A DNA stretch of 63,761 nt, counting the filler, from Saprolegnia diclina VS20 (Eukaryota): the NCBI RefSeq assembly GCF_000281045.1. It is 11 parts of 8 records of this genome, joined end to end, with 100 filler letters (N's around TTAATTAATTAA, not from the genome) between each part and the next. Parts side by side here need not be neighbours in the genome. Positions count along the whole stretch, not along the records: positions 3,345 to 34,275 come from NW_008246263.1; positions 34,376 to 44,042 come from NW_008246264.1; 9 more parts are not named here. One strand, written 5' to 3'. The notes beneath the pieces were generated by a model, which ran no database searches, was not told where the DNA came from, and saw nothing but the letters and a program-made list of their open reading frames with translations. Positions 25,028 through 36,232 of this stretch are shown here, in pieces. Position 1 is the stretch's first letter. Every line of letters starts with the position of its first letter. The position numbers and the translations under genes are program-made.

Positions 25028-26399
25028 ATTGGTGCTTGTCAAGATCGTAAATGAGCTCCGTCTTGCCATCTTTGCTTGCACCTCGAGGGGCGCCCCGCGA
25101 AGAAGCCATGCGTGAGACACGGCGCAAGCCGTCGCCAGCTGCTGCCGAGTCGCCACTCTCGGTTCAACTTGATATTCAAATCGGTTTGGCCACTCACACA
25201 AGAGCAATGTCGCCAGCTGCTTCGTCAGCATACAATTGCCAAGACCGATGACGACGCCGCGTCGCCAGAGTGAGACGCCGTTTGCACCAATGAGCGCTTG
25301 CCAACCACGCCCGTGCTCGTGCCGCCCGTCTTGTTCTGGGCCACCCCATGCGGCGCAGCAGGTGGCGTCGCTTAAATGGCTGGCCGCCGTCGCCCACCAT
25401 CGCCGACGCCCTTCTCCGCGGCTTCTGTCGCCGCCACGGCCTCGCTACCGCGCGCCTTTTGCTCGCCGGTCGCCATAGTGGGGATTACCCCGGGGCGCCG
25501 GCGCCAAATGGCCCCGTAGCGCCGATACAGAGGTCGGGCCGCGCGGGGCGCCCCGACGCCATCGCGGAGCGCGCCCGCAGAGCCAGCGATCTCAGCTCCG
25601 AGGCGCAGCTGCGACACGCAAGAGGCCAGCGGCTTTTTAGCCAATCAGTGCGCGTGCAGCGCGGCACCCAAACGAAAAATATGCATTTTGAGCCTAGAGC
25701 TCGCGAACGGAGCTGGCGCCCCGCGGCTGGAGCTCCGAGAGGCGCGGGGTGTGGCGGCCGTGGCGACCCGGAGACCGACGTTGCAGCGCCAGGCGACGCA
25801 GATCGACCGATGAGTCACTTGGGCAAGGTCCACCGAGGTGTACGGGCGTCCTCCGGGCGAAAATGGCGCGGAATTGCCGGCGTCGCGCCCGGTAAAGGCC
25901 CACGCCACGAGAACCAGCGCTTTCGTGCGGCCTGGGGCCCGCCAATCGCTCCACATCCTTCTTCCGATGCGGGTACCAGCTGTAATGGGCTCTTTCGAAA
26001 CAGCCTGTCGGTCGTCAGCGTACCGTATTACCTTACGAGGAACGTCCGACCTTGACCGCCTTCGATGGTAGCCTTTCCAAGGCGTTGGCACCAGCGTCAC
26101 CTGCGCCACGTTGAAGGGTTGTCAACCAACAAGCTGCAGCTACAGTACTACACTGCCATTGCTCACTGCCATTGCTGCTCCATCGCCATTGCTACGTGCA
26201 GTGCGCAAGCAGAGGAGGACATGCAAGTAGCCAGGATGTAGAAGCAAGCAACCGTGTTGGAGCTCTCAGAGTCTGAGGCGACTCATTGGCCAACGGCAGG
26301 CCAATCGCGGGCTCGGGCGCAGGCGATCTTGCTCCCAAGCGCTGCGATTGGTGCGAGGCCGAAGAGGCGCCTTCTCGATCCAGCGCCAACTCAGAAACC

Positions 26400-27164
26400 A
26401 TGTTGGCCGCCTTGCCCCGGGATGTCGGCCTCGTCGTACTGGCCTCGCTCGGCCCGACGGCCGACGCCTTGCACGTGGCGCTCGTGAGCCGTAGCCTCCG
26501 TGCGACGGTGCTCGCCTACGCTGCGCAACTGAAAAACGTGGTGTTCCAGAGCTGCTCACCCACGGACGCGGCGCGCGTCGCCTTCTTCCTTCGACATGCG
26601 AAAGGCCTGGAGCATCTTTCGTTCCGCGCGAGCCACCGCCTCGTGACAGACGCCTTCTTGGCAGCCATCGCGCCGCTCCTCGGGGCGCTGACGTCGCTCT
26701 CGCTCGCCTACTGCACAGAGCTCACGTCGGTCGCGCCCTTGACGTCGTGCGTCTCGCTTCGGCAGCTGGACCTCGCGGGCTGCGCCAAGCTGCGCACGCT
26801 CGGGTTTGCCTTGCCATCGCTGCGCGTGCTTCGGTGCGCGTGGTGCCGGCAATTGACCGCCCACGAGATCGTCCACACCAAGCTCGCGATCACCGAGCTC
26901 TCGCTCGAGGGCTGGGACGTCGCCGACATGGAGGTGCAACTCGCGCTCGTCCTGCGCGCAAACCAAGCGATCGAAGCGCTGTCGCTGATCAACGTACCAC
27001 TCTCCGCGTCGGGGCTCTTTGTCGTCTTCAACCTCGCGGCGAAGCTCCGCCGCCTTGCTCTCTCCAAGAAGAGCGCCAACGTGTGGGTCGACGGCACGTG
27101 GGAGCTTCCGACGCTTCAGGCGTGGATGCGGCGGCGGCCGAGCATCGACGTGACCTTGGTCTAA
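26400..27164 (+). CDS. F-box/LRR (FBXL-like) protein
   Basis: N-terminal LPRDVGLVVLASL...LVSRSLR F-box; cysteine-containing LRRs (LTSLSLAYCTELT, LRQLDLAGCAKL). Confidence 0.8.
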   Translation: MLAALPRDVGLVVLASLGPTADALHVALVSRSLRATVLAYAAQLKNVVFQSCSPTDAARVAFFLRHAKGLEHLSFRASHRLVTDAFLAAIAPLLGALTSLSLAYCTELTSVAPLTSCVSLRQLDLAGCAKLRTLGFALPSLRVLRCAWCRQLTAHEIVHTKLAITELSLEGWDVADMEVQLALVLRANQAIEALSLINVPLSASGLFVVFNLAAKLRRLALSKKSANVWVDGTWELPTLQAWMRRRPSIDVTLV

Positions 27165-27384
27165 TGGGAAAAATGGCAAATGGCATGTGCAAAGTGACTT
27201 GGGGTTTTGTCCACGTAATCCGAGATTCGAGTCGCGATCTTTGGCAACTTGAAGTGCCAATTGCCACATGGTCGGAAACGTGGGGTTTCGCATGTGTAAA
27301 ATAGACCTCTACAAAAACCAAGTTTCTGACGTGGCGCACGCGTGGGCAATTCAAAACACACGTGAAAACCACACGAGCACATCC

Positions 27385-28478
27385 TTAGAGTGGCACCCAT
27401 CTTGACGGGGTGCGTGGGGCACACAGCCAGGGCTGTATACGTAGCTGGCGATGTGGACGATCGCGGACGACTAGACACGGTGACGTCAGCGAGGACCAGT
27501 GTAGCGACGTAGTAATGCGAGAGTGGCAACCCGACGACAGTAAACTGCAGCAGCTGCAAGGTGGAGGCCCAGGGAGCAAGGGCAACCGTTCCCTCGAGCT
27601 CTACTTCTGGGTGGACAATGGTGCCGATCCTGCTCCACGGCCGTCGTCCGTCGTGAAGACGACTGAACAAGTGCATACAGTACTGGAGCGCTTGGGCCAA
27701 TGCGTGAGGAAGCCCGGGATACCCAACGCTGGGCATGCGAGCGCACAACCTCGCGCATGTATTCTCGTGCAGCTACACGACTACCTCGATCGAACGGGCT
27801 TGTTTCGTTTTGGTAGGCTCCTGCTAAGCTCGGACCAGCATCGGGCTCAGCGACCGAGGTTGGCGGGAACAGTGGCTGCCCGCTTGAGCGTTAGCTTGCG
27901 CCGTGCGTGCGCCCGATATGTGCGCTGAATCGAGTACGCGACCCTAGCCATGGCGCTGCAGAGTACGACGCAACGCGCCGAGTCGTAGTACCGGTGTAGG
28001 TGGTTCTGCCGCAGTTTGGCCAAGTACTGCGCATTCGCAAGCTGTTCTTGGAGGTCGAGACTACACGGCTCATTCGTTGGTCGAGCTTTGGCCATGAACA
28101 TGGTACGTCTGAAGCAGTCGCGTCGTGTCGGCCACGTGCTGGCGGATCACCGCTTGGCGCTGTGCCTCTTCGACTTGGTACTGCGCCCACAAGAGGTCCA
28201 CGTACACCTTCTTGGCGACGTGTCGTCGCCACGCACATTGCACCTTGGTCGCCCACATCGCGTCGTCGGTCGCTGTGGCCTGGTGCACGCGCCGAGCCGC
28301 GATCGCGTCCAGCGTCCCCATCGCAAGTGCATTGCGCGCTGTCCGCGCAGCATCCAATTCAAGGGAATAATTCCCAAGGGATTCATCCAAATTGACGAGA
28401 GCGTCGTCGTCCATCGGCGCCGTTTCAAGGTCCCTGCAATCGAGCACGAGCGAACGGTCACGAGAGGAATTTCGCGAC
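27385..28478 (-). CDS. IQ-motif (calmodulin-binding) protein, multi-exon; 5' end runs into gap
   Basis: ATKVQCAWRRHVAKK and AYSIQRTYRAHARRK IQ motifs with coiled-coil segments; exon limits uncertain. Confidence 0.55.
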
Positions 28479-28768
28479 NNNNNNNNNNNNNNNNNNNNNN
28501 NNNNNNNNNNNNNNNNNNNNNNNNNNNNNNNNNNNNNNNNNNNNNNNNNNNNNNNNNNNNNNNNNNNNNNNNNNNNNNNNNNNNNNNNNNNNNNNNNNNN
28601 NNNNNNNNNNNNNNNNNNNNNNNNNNNNNNNNNNNNNNNNNNNNNNNNNNNNNNNNNNNNNNNNNNNNNNNNNNNNNNNNNNNNNNNNNNNNNNNNNNNN
28701 NNNNNNNNNNNNNNNNNNNNNNNNNNNNNNNNNNNNNNNNNNNNNNNNNNNNNNNNNNNNNNNNNNNN

Positions 28769-31700
28769 GCACACATCTCCGTGTGCCTTTGAGTGGTTCT
28801 TTCTTCTTCCTCTTCCTCTCCTCTCTGCCGAGTGCTTCACTAGCCGAGCTGCTAGTTTGTTAGGTTATGAGCTCTCATACGCCGGAGACCCCTCCGACAG
28901 ACAAACTGCCCCCGTACGTCATCGTGGTGCCCGAGCCCGTGCTCCCGCCCCAACTGGCGGGCAGCTCCGCGCTGCGTCTCTTGGACTACGCGGGCCCCCA
29001 GATCACGACGATGGACGACTTCCCGACCAAGTCGCCGGCTATCCTCGACTTCGCTCGGATGCAAGGCTTCGTCGAGTACTTTACCAACCCGACGTACATC
29101 TACGGCCAAGGCGATGGAGGCTACGGTCAACCTCGCGTCTGCGGCCGAGCCAACCGTGCTCGCCAAGCTGGCGACTCTCGACACGGGTGTGTGTACGTAC
29201 TGCTACTTTACGAAGAAGTCCATCATCTACCACCCGACTTACCTCTGCAACACGCTCTCCAAGCACTGCACCGACGACACGGTGGCGCCGGGTTTTCCCG
29301 ATACCGCCGACTACAAGCGACTGTTCGCCAAGCAGAACAAGCAGCATGGACAAGTACCGTGACGACCGACGTGGGTACGATGACCGTGGCGACTACGACG
29401 ACCGCCGCCCGCGTGATGACCGTCGCGCCCGATCGCGATCTCGATCGCCTCCTCGCGCTGGCTCCGGCCGCCGAGATGAGCGCCGTTCTGCTCCGCGCCA
29501 CTCGCGCGAGCCCTCGCGTCATCGTAGCCCCTCGCAAGCGCGCCCGTCGCGCGGCTCCTCGTCTGCCCATAACGGCGGTAACCCGGCTAACACGACGCGT
29601 GCTTCCCAGTACTCTAGTGTTTCTACTGCACCTAGTGCACGTATCGATACGGCGCTTGCTTCGGTTGCCTCAACCACAAGCAGCGCTCCGACCGATGAGT
29701 TGGTTTCCCCCGCGGACCTTCTAATGTCGGGAGGCGCGACGGTCACTGCTCAACCCGTTGACAGTGTACCGGGAGTGGCTGCATCCTCCGTGGAGCCCAC
29801 CAGTGTGTCCGGCGCCGCATCCACGCACTCGACGGGGCCGGTGGCATCTGCTCCCGCGACGGATCCTCCGGTGGCACCGACTTTGGACGCGCTCATCTTC
29901 GGAGAGCTCTCGCGTCTCGACGGACCAGCCTACCTCGGCTCGCTACCGCCAGCGCCGACCCTCCATGTCGCGCCACACCGATCCGACAAGTACTACCTCG
30001 CTCTCACGTCGCGCAACTCCGTCGCTTACACCAAGAACTTTGACGGAACCACGTGGATCGTTGACAGTGGAGCTTCGGCCCACTGCACACCTCGCGCGGA
30101 CTGGTTCGCCCAGTACCTGCCCCAAGAGTCCTACCTCCGAGTAGGCGACAACCATGGACTCCGTGTCGCAGGTATCGGCTTGGTGATATTCACCGTCGAA
30201 ACGCGAGACAACACTGGAGCGGTGACTACGCGTACCATGGAGTTGCGTCAAGTGTTGCATGTACCCGACCTCAAGTTCAACTTGTTCTCGGTGGGCGCCT
30301 CGTTCCAAGACGGGATCCAACCCGATTTCCGCTCGGCCGCGTCGTGCTTCCTCACCTTTCGCGACTGCCCGCGGCAAGCGCATGTGATTGCGCCACGTGG
30401 TCCGCAGTCTCATCTATACTGCTTTACGGGCACTCCGTTGCCGGGGTCAACCTCCGCGGTTCCCTCCTCCACGGTGTCTCCGGACAAGGCTCACCGTGCT
30501 ATGCTGGCTCTTCGTGCGACCATCCAACGCCGCCTCGAGACTCACACTCGTGGGACAACTGATGAACTCCACGGTATCGTGCGCGACGCACCCAAGTGGC
30601 CTGGACCTCCGGGTACCGCACTTTGCTTTCTCGCCGACGGGTACGACACACACTATCCTCTGGATAGGGATGACCTTGACGTAGGTCATCCGGGTGACCA
30701 TGATCCCCTACCAAATAGTGTCGAAGACTTTATTAGTCTTGCGAGCGTCCACGACCTCGCTCACCCCGAAATGCAATCTGCACTCAACACTTTTCGTGTC
30801 TTGAAGCCTTTGCATCGCAGACTTGGTCACGTAGGCGATGCGGCTATGCGCACCCTCATCCGGGATCACCCGGAACTCACGGCATTTAGCGGTACCGGCC
30901 GCATGCCGTCCCATAACTGCGATGTCTGCATCCAGGCGAAGTCCAAGCGACTACCTTTTCCGAAGGAGTCCCTTACTCCGCCAGCGACGACGCCTTTGGC
31001 TCGCGTTCACACGGACATGTGGGGTCCTGTGAAGGTCCCGACTCCGTCGGGTGCCACATATTTTGTGATCTTCCTCGACGAAGCGACTCACTACTTGTGA
31101 ACGTACCTCCTCGCGAGTCGTTCTGAGATCTACAAAGTCTATGAGACTTTCCGTGCTGATGCGCGGGCTCTGTTTCGCAAGGACCCGGAGTCGGTGACGT
31201 ACACTGAGTACCACGACATCCAAATGCTCCAGGGCGACAATGCCCGCGAATATGAGAAACTTGGACGCGATATCTTCGCCAAGTACAATACGCGTATGGT
31301 CTACTCCAACGCCTACACACCACAGCAAAACGGCATGGCCGAACGCATGATGGGCACGCTTCTCTGCCGCGTACGTGCGCTCCTCCTGGACGCATCGCTC
31401 CCCAAATTTATGTGGGGCGCCGCGCTTTCTCACGCGACCCATCTCGTCAACGTTACGCCAACCGAGGCCAACGACGGGCGTACACCATTCTTCATGGTCC
31501 ATAAACACCACGCTTCGCTTACCAACCTCAGGGTTTTCGGCTGTACGGCCTGGGTGCATATCCAGGCGCCGGCACGTGCGGACAAACTTGATCCTCGTGC
31601 CCTTCGATGCGTATACATCGGGGTCGCCGACGCCCACAAGGGCTTCCAACTCATGGTTCCGTCGACCCACCGCGTCATCCACAGTCGGGATGTACGTTTT

Positions 31701-34275
31701 CGCGAGGATGAATTTCCCTCCATTGCCTCTATCGATGACGCGGCGTTGGCCCGTAAACGAAAACCGGCCGTCCTCGGTCACCCGAACGGCCCGCCCATTG
31801 CGGCACGTGCCGAGGATCCTGTACTCCCGCCACCCACACCCGCCATGGCGCCCGTCCCGCCTGCGGCCGTCCCTGCGTCGGCCATCGCGCCCCAGGCTGA
31901 CATGAACCGACTGTATACGTCTCTTGACGAAGTCGAAGAATTCTCCGAATTCAACTTCGCATTGACCTCGGTTACACCACCCCCGTTGCGTCCTCGGGAG
32001 GCCACACTACTGTGGCAAAAATGGGCAGCACAGACGCCGTCGTGTGATGTGCTTGCTCCACCGCGGCTTCGCACCGTTCGGTTTAACGACACCACGGCTG
32101 TATACCACTACAACGTGGACGACCCACTCCCGACGCACAATCATCCTCTGGCTCGCCAGCGCATCGTCTCTGGCGATCCCGCACGTATGCACACGGCGCT
32201 TTCTGCCCATGTGCCTCCTATTATACCCATCCCGACCATTCATATGGCAATGGTCGTCGAATCGGTCGACAATCCCGTTCCGATCGAGGATTTTCCCGGC
32301 GCTGCTGCCCTTGCGGCTATGGCCGACAACGGACTTCCGTTCGCATCGACACCCACTACCTGGGCTGAAGCGATGCGCAGCCATGAGCGCGCCGAATGGC
32401 TTGCGGCCGCTCATGCGGAATACGCATCCTTGATGCGCAACCGTACCTGGCAATTAGTCAAACGGTCACCTCATATGCGGGTCTTACCGACACGCTGGGT
32501 CTTTACCCGCAAACTCAAAGCTGACGGTACCATCGACCGCTACAAAGCGCGTCTGGTCGTCCAGGGTTTTCGCCAGCGTGAGGGCGTCGACTACGACGAG
32601 ATTTTCAGTCCCGTGGTCCGCATGGAGGTCCTCCGTCTGCTTTTCTCGATCGCCGCCATGGACGACTACGAGATCTACCAAATGGACGTCAAAACGGCTT
32701 TCCTCAATGGCCTCATGAGCCGGGATACGCCGACGTTTGTCGCGCCCCCCAAGGGTTCTCCGACGATCCAACGATGGTCTGCGACCTTCTCCGCGCACTC
32801 TACGGCCTCAAGCAAAGTTTCGTCCGCACGCGAAAAGAACGCTCCGTTTTTACTAAGACGATCGAAGGCCGCATGATCTACATCAGCCTCTATGTGGACG
32901 ATCTCCTGATCTTCGCACCCACCAAGGCAATTGCCGCTGACATTCGTCAAGCTCTACACAGGCGGTTCGACATGACCGACCTTGGCGAAGCCGCCTATAT
33001 CCTAGGCTGGCAGATCATCCGTGATCGGCGCCAACGTACGATCTTCATCCACCAGGAGAAGTACATGAAGGACATTCTCCAGAAATTCAACTGCCTCCAA
33101 GGTCATGCGTCCCCGACGCCTCTGCCTCCTGGGTTGGATCTGTCCTCCGTGGACCCGCATCCAGATCCCACCAAGATTGCCGCACAGGAAGCGCTTTTCC
33201 CATACCGTTCGGCGGTGGGCTCGTTTATGTACCTGGTACTTGGTACCCGACCGGATCTGGCACATGCCGTCCAGCAACTGAGCCAATACCTGACCAAACC
33301 TCAGGTTGGTCACTACAAGGCCATCAAGTCCGTGCTCGCGTACATCCGCGGCACGTTGACCATGGGCATCACCCTCGGTGGTTTGCCGTCATCTACGGCG
33401 CCTCTTCTCCAAGCCTACGTCGATTCTGACTACGCTAAGTGCACCGACACTCGTCGCTGTATTAGTGGATACTTCACGCAATTCTACGGCAGTCCGATCT
33501 CGTGGCTTGCTAAGAAGCAGCCCACTGTCGCCCTGTCGACAACGGAAGCTGAGTACACGGCTCTCGCTAGCTGCCTCCAAGAGGGTTTGTACCTCAAGTA
33601 TCTTCTCCGTGATCTGGGCTACGACATCACGTCTCCCATCACGATCCATGAGGACAACCTCAGCACGATCAAAATCGCCAAGAACCCCGCGTTCCACGGC
33701 CGCACGAAGCACATTGATGTCAAGTATTTCTTCATCAAAGAACTTGTCGAGGCGCACGTCTTCGACGTTGTCTACTGCTCCACGCAGAACCAACTCGCCG
33801 ACATTTTCACCAAGGCTTTGCCTACAGTCCAGTTCCGGATCCTTCGGGACCGCCTTGGCGTCGGCACTCTGATGTCCGGTGTGGCCCCAGCTTCTCGCTG
33901 GTAATGCACTGTGCATTGGCCCCGCCTATATGTTGTATGTGTTCCTATGCGCACTGCGCAATCCATTTACCCACGTGTGCTGTGTGGTTTCTTTTCCGCC
34001 TCTTGGCCCATCGACCTTTGTGTCTTGACCATCGTCCCCCGGGAGGCTGGTGGTCCCACGGTTTTGCTCCATTACGAATGGGAGCAGTCACTACACGTGT
34101 GACGGTGCGGACTCCTCGGTCCTCACCACTCTGTCTCGTCCTTACGAGCCGGCTTCATCCCACATTTGCACTTGGGGAGGCTGTCAAGATCGCAACTGCA
34201 AACGTTGAGATCGCCGACTCGAAGACGTCCGACTCTTCGTTGGTTTTCCTGGTGGTTTTCCCAGCCTCTGCCACG
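28769..34275 (+). mobile_element. Ty1/copia LTR retrotransposon, degenerate; both LTRs partly in gaps
   Basis: Copia domain order: zinc knuckle (CTYC..H..C), protease WIVDSGASAH, GAG-pre-integrase LHRRLGH..CDVC, integrase RVHTDMWGP/DNAREY/PQQNGMAER, RT YKARLVVQG/QMDVKTAFLNG/LYVDDLL, RNase H YVDSDYA/STTEAEY/RTKHIDVKY. In-frame TGA at 31098 and frameshifts near 29110, 29345 and 32750. PPT GGGGAGG at 34174-34180, then TG at 34182. Confidence 0.96.
28863..28872 (+). other. Primer-binding site of half-tRNA(iMet) (Ty5/Hemivirus) type
   Basis: GGTTATGAGC follows the putative 5' LTR end and is complementary to the initiator-tRNA anticodon arm (GCUCAUAACC); it contains the gag ATG at 28867. Confidence 0.75.
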
Positions 34276-35162
34276 NNNNNNNNNNNNNNNNNNNNNNNNN
34301 NNNNNNNNNNNNNNNNNNNTTAATTAATTAANNNNNNNNNNNNNNNNNNNNNNNNNNNNNNNNNNNNNNNNNNNNCAGCCCCAGCACTTTCAAAATGCGA
34401 TTCCGCTCAGCCAGCTCTAAGCAACTAAGAAAGTTGTCAACATGCAGATAGTCCGCAGAGTTCCAAAGCGAGGCAAGCACCTCGACGCAGTGCACACATT
34501 AACCTACTGCAAAGTATCGTGCGTTGGGACACCACTAGATTGTCCACTGGTCGTCCGATTGCTCGCATAAAGCAAAACTCAAACTCAAACTTGGCGAGGC
34601 TGCCAAAGAAAACACGAGGTAAACTCTTGATAGGCGGTTAAACTGGTTGAAATCCATGGGCCCGAGGTTTGAACCTGCGTTTAAACCTATACCCTGTCAG
34701 CACCAGTTGGTCGAGCACGGCGGGTTTTTCTGTCTTCTTTGCGAATTCTACTCTATGAAGAGACTCACCCAGTCCAAACCTCTCACCGTCGACCATTCTT
34801 CCGGTAGCATGACCAAAGTACGCACAAATTGGCTGAGTTGGCAGGCAATGCCTCGTTTCCGCGCGGCGCCGCCATGAACCCAGCGGCACCCGGAGGCGTT
34901 GCCCGCGGTTGCGTGTCTTGATGGCCGTGGCATCATGCCCCAGTTCGGACCGAACTTTCTCATCCATCAAGTCGTCGCATTGCCAAGAGCATCAAGGGCA
35001 TAAAAGCGACTCCTCAGAAAACAGGTCAGCGATGGAAGCGACAACAAACTTTCGAACATGTTTGACGCGCGTCCATCAACACCACGGGATGAGTTGAGAG
35101 AAGTCGACTATCGAGCTGATTGTCTGCCTCCTTGTCATTTTGCGATTGCCCACCTCTCCATC

Positions 35163-35444
35163 ATGAAGACGACGATCCTTGCAGCCTTGTGCACTCTTGC
35201 GACGGCGGCACCTCCGACGAGCGCCGGGACGACAACGACCAAGGAAGAACACTTTGTCGAAGCCATGCCCTACCACGCCATGGACCACGAATGGTACGGA
35301 CGCGGGTTTGGTCGCGGCTGGGGCGGTGGCTGGCGTGGTCGCTGGGGTGGTGGCTGGGGCGGTGGCTGGGGCGGTGGCTGGGGTGGTTGCGGTGGTTGGG
35401 GCCACGGTCCCGGGTGCGGTTGCGGCTGCTGCGGCGGCTGGTAG
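35163..35444 (+). CDS. Small secreted Gly/Trp-rich, Cys-tailed protein (93 aa)
   Basis: Signal peptide MKTTILAALCTLATA; (GGGW)n repeats; C-terminus GCGCGCCGGW; INR-like TCATTTTGCGATT at 35135. Confidence 0.8.
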   Translation: MKTTILAALCTLATAAPPTSAGTTTTKEEHFVEAMPYHAMDHEWYGRGFGRGWGGGWRGRWGGGWGGGWGGGWGGCGGWGHGPGCGCGCCGGW

Positions 35445-35585
35445 TGCTCTGTAGCTTCGCGGCTTTACACTCAAACCTCATGGCTAATACCACTCAACCG
35501 GTTGAAACCATTTCCTCGACTTGCCCTTTTTGTTTTTACATGTCTACTTTTGACCTCGACCAAGCAACTCCCAAGTGCAGCAGCA

Positions 35586-36010
35586 TGTCTCCGCCCGACC
35601 ACCAGCCTTTGCATGCTACATTCTACTTCAAGAATTTGACGCCGACATTCCGCCTCGACAGTGACGCAAGCTTTTGGCTCGACGCCATCGTTCGCTGTAG
35701 AACAGTACGTATACATCGCTCGCGCTCAAGCTGGCAGCCTACGACCAGTAAGCGAACAACGTGGTCGCGACTCGTCATGCGCTGTCAACGATACCTGGAC
35801 CGCGCCTGCGCCGAGTGCCATGACACGTGCCGCATCATCGCCCGCTTCTGCCCGTCGTGCGGCGCCCAGGTCGATAGATTGATACAAACCGAGCCTGAGC
35901 AATGGCGTCGTAAATGCCAAGCGCGATCTTGCGAGAACTCCAATTCGCACAATCTTATGTTTTCGTTTGGATTTATCATCGAGGTTTTATTAACTAGACC
36001 AGACTCGTAG
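35586..36010 (+). CDS. Possible small zinc-ribbon protein
   Basis: CAECHDTCRIIARFCPSCGA has CxxC-x10-CPxCG spacing; exon structure unclear. Confidence 0.35.
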
Positions 36011-36232
36011 CCTTTACGCAATGTCCATCCATTTAACTGTTTATGGTATTGAGACCTACCCGGAATACCTCTTGGCCTGTGTGACTGGTGTCGCCATCGA
36101 TGCGGCGGACATATACGTAGCGATGCACATTGGATAGGCCCAATGCTGGTCGTGTTGCTGATGTCGATCTCAAGTCGGTGGCAAACTGGCATCATTTTTG
36201 TGTGTTTTTAGCCAGCAGATTTTGTCAGCCAT

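Noticed and set aside
25250..26200. GC-rich ORFs of 154-235 aa between the bZIP-like and F-box genes
   Set aside because: Low-complexity Arg/Ala/Gly translations without motifs; probably a shared regulatory region.
28392..31100. 902-aa ORF spanning the gap
   Set aside because: Artefact of reading through Ns; only the part after about 29345 is copia polyprotein.
31098..32760. Programmed readthrough or frameshift in copia pol
   Set aside because: The TGA replaces a conserved Trp in integrase, and the shift falls in a C run inside RT next to a deletion after LKQS. Decay or sequencing error is more likely.
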